A stretch of DNA of 32,000 bases. It comes from Desulfobulbus propionicus DSM 2032 (lineage in GTDB: Bacteria > Desulfobacterota > Desulfobulbia > Desulfobulbales > Desulfobulbaceae). Each line of letters starts with the position of its first letter. The first letter of the stretch is position 1. Positions 29,401 to 32,000 of the stretch are shown in pieces. The notes beneath the pieces were generated by a model, which did not search any database, had not been told where the DNA came from, and was given only the letters and a program-made list of their open reading frames with translations. The position numbers and the translations under genes were made by a program. Location: contig NC_014972.1 in assembly GCF_000186885.1 (NCBI RefSeq), positions 2,340,001 to 2,372,000 on the forward strand, read 5' to 3'.

Positions 29401-31611
29401 CGGCCCGCTGTCGTGAACGGTTTGGCCGGTGCCGCTGGTATGGGCCACCGTGCCGCCGCCTTCGGACTTCATGCTGATCTGATGATCGAACACCACGTTC
29501 AAGGTGTGGGTGTTGATCTGCTGGGGGGTGGTGTCGGTGAACGTGTAGGTGCGCTCCTTGGGGTCGGCGGCATTGGCGATGGTGACATAGGAGAGCGAGG
29601 CAGGATCAACCCCGTTAATGGTCACCGATTGAATCCGGTGGTCGGCCTTGACGGTGAACACTGCCGCCTGCTTGTCGGCAATCGGTACCGGGCTGCCGCT
29701 AGTGATGGCCACCGGGGTGCCCGCCGGGCTTTCCAGGGTCACAATGCCGTCGGTATTCCAACTGGGGATGATACGATGATCATTGTCGGTGATCGTCCCG
29801 GTTGCAAAGACAAAATTGCATACCGTCACCGGCAAAGTGCCGCCGCTTATGGGTCCGGCATAAAAATATTCGGCAGACTCGTCCTCGGTGTCCGGATTGA
29901 CGGGGACATTGGCGGGACCAAGGGTTGTATCGCCTGTTGCCAGGGTAAACTGGTCGGTTGTATAGGCAAAATCATTGCCCGAAACGGCAGAACCGCCGTA
30001 TGTGCGCCATTTGAAAGTTAAACCATTATGTTGCGCCTGCACCGCAGGAGTGACGGTGACCGTGAACGGCATGTTTGCCGGAGTCCCCGAGGGCTCCTCC
30101 AGGGTCGCATTGATGAATTTAATCGTGTATTTTTCATCGACATTAATGGTGACCGTGGCGCTGGTGTAACCGGCGGTGGTCACGTTGGCGGAATTGGCGC
30201 CGATGCCGACGCTGAACTGCTCCGCCGTCTCCACCAGGTTGTCATTGATGATCGGCACGCTGATCGTGCCGCTGGTCACCGAGCCGTCACCGTTGATCGT
30301 CAGGGTGGAGGCGGGCGCGGTGTAATCCGCCCCCTCGGCCGCCGTTCCCGGGGTATGCGATACATTGAACACCACCGTGTCGCCCGTCCGCACCGGCTGA
30401 TTCAATTTCACCGTCAACGTCACGTTGCCAACGCTCTCGGCGACAGTGGCGTTTGCAAATCCGACCACCGCGTAGGTGTCGCCATCGTCATTGATGGTCA
30501 CCGTGGCGCTCTCATGGCCCGTGGTAATCACATTGGTCGAAGACGCACTGATGCCAACCGTGAACTGTTCCGTTTCCTCCACCAGGATGTCATTGGTGAT
30601 CGGCACGCTGATCGTGCCGCTGTCCGCGCCGGCAGCAATCGTCAGGGTGGAAGCGGGCGCGGTGTAATCCGATCCCGCGGTCGCCGTGCCCGATGCGTGC
30701 GAAACATTGAGCACCACGCTGTCTCCCGTGACCACCGCCTGGTTCAGCTGCACCGTCAAGGTCGCTGTGCCCGCGCCCTCGTCGACCGTTATCCCCGAAA
30801 AGCCGCTCACCGCATAGGTATCGCCGGCATCGTTGATGGTCACCGTGGCACTGCTGTTGCCCCCTGTCGTCACATTGGCCGAATTGGCGCCGATGCCGAC
30901 ACTGAATTGCTCCGCCGTCTCCACCAGGCTGTCATTGATGATCGGCACACTGATCGTGCCGCTGGTCACCGAGTCGTCGCCGGTGATCGTCAAGGTGGAG
31001 GCGGGCGCGGTGTAATCCGAACCTGCCGCCGCCGTGCCCGCTGTGTGCGAAACATCCAGTACCACCGTGTCGCCGGTACGCACCGGTTGATTGAGTTGAA
31101 CGATCAGGTTCGCGTTGCCGCCATCCTCGCTGACGGTGACCCCGGAAAATCCGCTCACCGCATAGGTATCGCCATCGTCGGCAATCGTGATGGTGGCGCT
31201 TTGATTGAGACCCGCCGCGTTGCTTGCCGGGTCCCCCGCGAGCGAGACGACAATATTCTCCGTTGATTCGACCAGATGGTCATCGGCAAGGGCCACAGTG
31301 ATCGTGCCGTTGTCCTCTCCAGGATTGATGGTCAGGGATGCCGCCGGAGGCGTGTAATCGCTGCCGGCAGTAGCCGTTCCTGCCGTCGTCACGGCAAACT
31401 GTACCGTGTCACCAACCGCGACAGGCTTATCCAACTGCACCGTCAACGTCACGGTTCCCGTGTGCTCCGTGACCGCAGCCCCGGAAAATGCGGCGATACT
31501 GTAGGTATCCGCCACAGCCCGGCCATGGACGGCCATCATGATCAACGCCGCCAACACACCGGCCCACCACCGCATCTTCATCTTTCCCATCCTGTTCACC
31601 AATGATTTCAT
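23467..31611 (-). CDS. pilY1: PilY1/PilC-family type IV pilus tip-associated adhesin, giant form
   Basis: ~2714 aa from the ATG with upstream GGAGGG. Signal peptide MKSLVNRMGKMKMRWWAGVLAALIMMAVHGRAVA; VWA motif LLDDSGSM; C-terminal PilY1 propeller signatures (VGGNDGMLHIFDGTTGDEVFAYIPQAIFGNL, GGLGKGGKGFFALD, GTGRILDPGTD). The ORF extends to 31650 only by a TTG start. Confidence 0.88.
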   Translation of the reverse strand: MKSLVNRMGKMKMRWWAGVLAALIMMAVHGRAVADTYSIAAFSGAAVTEHTGTVTLTVQLDKPVAVGDTVQFAVTTAGTATAGSDYTPPAASLTINPGEDNGTITVALADDHLVESTENIVVSLAGDPASNAAGLNQSATITIADDGDTYAVSGFSGVTVSEDGGNANLIVQLNQPVRTGDTVVLDVSHTAGTAAAGSDYTAPASTLTITGDDSVTSGTISVPIINDSLVETAEQFSVGIGANSANVTTGGNSSATVTINDAGDTYAVSGFSGITVDEGAGTATLTVQLNQAVVTGDSVVLNVSHASGTATAGSDYTAPASTLTIAAGADSGTISVPITNDILVEETEQFTVGISASSTNVITTGHESATVTINDDGDTYAVVGFANATVAESVGNVTLTVKLNQPVRTGDTVVFNVSHTPGTAAEGADYTAPASTLTINGDGSVTSGTISVPIINDNLVETAEQFSVGIGANSANVTTAGYTSATVTINVDEKYTIKFINATLEEPSGTPANMPFTVTVTPAVQAQHNGLTFKWRTYGGSAVSGNDFAYTTDQFTLATGDTTLGPANVPVNPDTEDESAEYFYAGPISGGTLPVTVCNFVFATGTITDNDHRIIPSWNTDGIVTLESPAGTPVAITSGSPVPIADKQAAVFTVKADHRIQSVTINGVDPASLSYVTIANAADPKERTYTFTDTTPQQINTHTLNVVFDHQISMKSEGGGTVAHTSGTGQTVHDSGPEGVIADHGGNESFTLTADGGSCVTELEVDGNALGGYASDTDNYTGNTHTFSNVTDSTHSILARFGNATVTVLLGADDGATGTDEDLYVQSHSNGWRAYKADASSNKIDATPFKAGVHGGSFSAPGDTGSCDVRYILVEFLAIDGWQKPADILIDLQNNFIDQQVTGLYDADSHVLSLTATNGTISRSPEGDTWVGQNQYIYPQNTTVTLSAAGKAGWYFSLWKGDIGSATATDPSITVIMDKDRNVEAVFVEPCQDADGDSYTVSSQGGTCSASTEADCDDTNMSIYPGAAEVCGDGIDQDCNGSDLACSGNDKDDDGDGYTENQGDCDDTSTSVAPGLYDDPATAADEDCYDGPKDKGSEVTCVTASDVPANAAVKPAPPLIMFLLDDSGSMDWEFMTSEDNQRFNGDGYVFPCNVIQKTYSDSDYPALSLAERRLWKSQWFGYNRIYFNPSVTYTPWPKWEEVVGSANVRAHEREYNPTATGATFPETAYATGYTHADMDFPRMNSHDASTTYGSMYHPGDSASNRSNYQIELNAEYFTVSAGQQVTVTRTTSSTGTSTYADAVGLSTRYDIQSSVSKGYPVSSFSTTSIPYKPEIIFDNSDSTVYSELGNWYDTTNDPQYAWNGNGRFTEVAGRSAYWGLNLTAAQAGNYYVYVWVNEDSARDGKATYTISYYNTSNQLVSSTYTIDQSYDNGWGKTPRYGARWLRLNSSKIAFKAQTSSATIVVPNAHYYTWNDTDGDGEQEAGEDVYLVTIPGSGYGVGDYSLHYYLFTDADSDNVVDNGELTEKTGAEVPTSVIPKRYDAAGNQITNASQLAYMVRQDFADWFSFYRKRMLTTKAAIGLTVEGMKGVELGLHTINRSVSEPLVEMTTADSAEKVAFLSTIYNIRASGSTPLRRGLYEVGKYFEKGTSGDYSGLLTTSGLGTNQGSTCTSADTSVFWDADKNDDLDTCDDSGGECQRAYVVAMTDGYYNEDFYSIVNIDGNSAYNTYAVLKDSAKYTLADVAMYFYATDLDGGLGDNVPSKGYDENAKQHLVTYTVAFGVAGEYEPDLFPDCLPKCDEPGGADCPLISDLTSLAYSGYSSTGGPYDGKCPAWWTEDPNYSNESPKRIDDLYHAAVNSRGAFLNAADPAELVAAMQTIRDLIEEQTGTASSVSINANKIEEDTLLFQTTYDSSDWNGDVLAKCLDSSGKVAACSKVSCQASCSADYTSCVAACNGDAICEASCTATKTTCTSSCSGESCSESYDACLVNCTTSSCQTACGSARSSCLLNPPEVKWSAAKQIAGVAAADRQIITADIGGNGLPFRWNSLNATMQAQLQQDEYIFNYLRGDSTYERRNDTGGVRNFRNRSSKLGDFINSEPYHYSNTTLGIDWVIVGGNDGMLHIFDGTTGDEVFAYIPQAIFGNLHLLSQEAYTHTAFVDGYVTVKDLGGKVVLVGGLGKGGKGFFALDLTSAAQHKTDIENYASEIVLWEYTTTSTAGYVAAAEVKDNLGYSFSRPQIASTNDSGTDWVLVFGNGYESANGHAVLFTVGLSDFGQIQWTKIIDTGVGNNTSGTECNGLSTPALIFPQGDTINDFVYAGDLLGNLWKFDINAVTKDDWEIYFENSAAVKQPMFQARSEAGYRQPITVQPVITSACPTDEKGYMIIFGTGRILDPGTDFLDQSVQTMYGLWDWSNSWKAAGNTTPEQTYLGTFQAKNTTVATACTSACTATLGTATTSGTCLYDCSGDSDCEADCMSEYASCTTNCGAVRSLSNAATVVGTASAPYVTLLRQTQIWAGGVNYNSDGTKQETVYGATDSDLYDEIIRVVSDNYIDWYLPSEQAEFAASSKKTARHVGWYFDLPANGERIVRDMTIINGKLIFTSTIPSDSPCESGGSSYNWAVDACTGGLLGSAFFDLNKDDEIDADDYINIGTPAKPIYVAPSAFKVEGITPAVTVVDTTGEYQRLYTPEKDELLTPIANVEGTPIIYWRELEWK
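23692..23727 (-). other. EF-hand/dockerin-like Ca2+-binding loop near the PilY1 C terminus
   Basis: DLNKDDEIDADD (FFDLNKDDEIDADDYINIG), comparable to the calcium site known in P. aeruginosa PilY1. Confidence 0.55.
27185..27625 (-). other. Golvesin-like beta domain candidate inserted in the VWA region of PilY1
   Basis: PEIIFDNSDSTVYSELGNWYDTTND...YWGLNLTAAQAGNYYVYVWVNEDSARDGKATYTISYYN...GARWLRLNSSKIAF. Confidence 0.45.
28345..28660 (-). other. MopE-like acidic Cys/Asp segment in PilY1
   Basis: CQDADGDSYTVSSQGGTCSASTEADCDDTNMSIYPGAAEVCGDGIDQDCNG...DDDGDGYTENQGDCDDTSTSVAPG. Confidence 0.75.
29778..31509 (-). repeat. Tandem Calx-beta-type protein repeats (four close copies plus one divergent) within pilY1
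   Basis: Repeats start at 31509, 31170, 30822, 30480 and 30132. Recurring text: DTYAVSGFSG..V.E..G...L.VQLNQPV.TGD.V...VSH..GTA.AGSDYTAPASTLTI...GTISVPI.ND.LVE..EQF.VGI...ATVTIND. Confidence 0.9.
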
Positions 31612-31646
31612 CGGAAACGCTCCCTCCAGCGGAATCCACAATGCCG

Positions 31647-32000
31647 TCAAGGCAGATAGACTGTTTTTTTATAGCCGACCATCAGCAGCCGCCGGCCCGC
31701 ATACGCCTTACCCGTGCCGGACTTGACATCGTACATGCCGTAGACGGTGTAACATTTTTCCACCTTCTCGGAATTCGACACATCGGAACCGGCGCAGATA
31801 TCGTAACTGTTGTTATCCGAATTGAGATTGCCCTGAACGGCGGCATACCAGATACGGTCCTTGTCCTTGGTGCCGTCCGAATCATACCCATTGGGGACAA
31901 TATCCCGATCTCCAACGGTAAAGGAGGTGGCCTGTGGGGTGATCAGCGGATCGGGCCAGTTGGCGCTTATCTCCAGATCGATCACGCTGCCGCCGTCCGG
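31647..32000 (-). CDS. C-terminal part of a PilX-like minor pilin assembly protein (truncated by the window edge)
   Basis: Open frame to the window end (PDGGSVIDLEISANWPDPLI...RRLLMVGYKKTVYLP), immediately upstream of and coupled to pilY1. Identity rests largely on gene order. Confidence 0.4.
   Translation of the reverse strand, partial: PDGGSVIDLEISANWPDPLITPQATSFTVGDRDIVPNGYDSDGTKDKDRIWYAAVQGNLNSDNNSYDICAGSDVSNSEKVEKCYTVYGMYDVKSGTGKAYAGRRLLMVGYKKTVYLP

Noticed and set aside
30028-31266. Long + strand ORF (412 aa) with internal repeats (HRRLQSHRQGGGGRG...-type units)
   Set aside because: It is exactly antisense to the Calx-beta repeats of pilY1. Its apparent repetitiveness is the shadow of those repeats, and it has no recognisable domain.

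Overview
The window is dominated by conventional gene clusters. From left to right: the 3' end of a probable transposase at the edge. A complete minus-strand respiratory complex I operon follows, nuoA-B-CD(fused)-E-F-G-H-I-J-K-L-M-N (13786 down to 346), closed by a strong intrinsic terminator. Next come ssb and a glnK-amt pair (minus strand), then a divergent plus-strand five-gene bidirectional NAD-linked [NiFe]-hydrogenase cluster, hoxEFUYH (17557-22343). Last is a minus-strand type IV pilus minor-pilin/tip cluster running off the right edge: a partial PilX-like gene, a very large PilY1-like gene, a small PilY2-like gene and a FimT/GspH-type pseudopilin. I found no convincing RNA gene, CRISPR array or clearly novel defence or metabolic system. 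The least ordinary object is the ~2714-aa PilY1-like protein. It carries an N-terminal Calx-beta array, a MopE-like acidic Cys/Asp segment, a VWA domain apparently split by a ~440-aa insertion with a golvesin-like segment, and two Cys-rich insertions in the C-terminal half. Secondary points are a short NuoG (520 aa) in an operon with fused NuoCD, a candidate sigma-54 promoter before glnK, and an inverted repeat in the nuo leader. Gene content suggests a deltaproteobacterial/Desulfobulbales-like host, but this is inference only.
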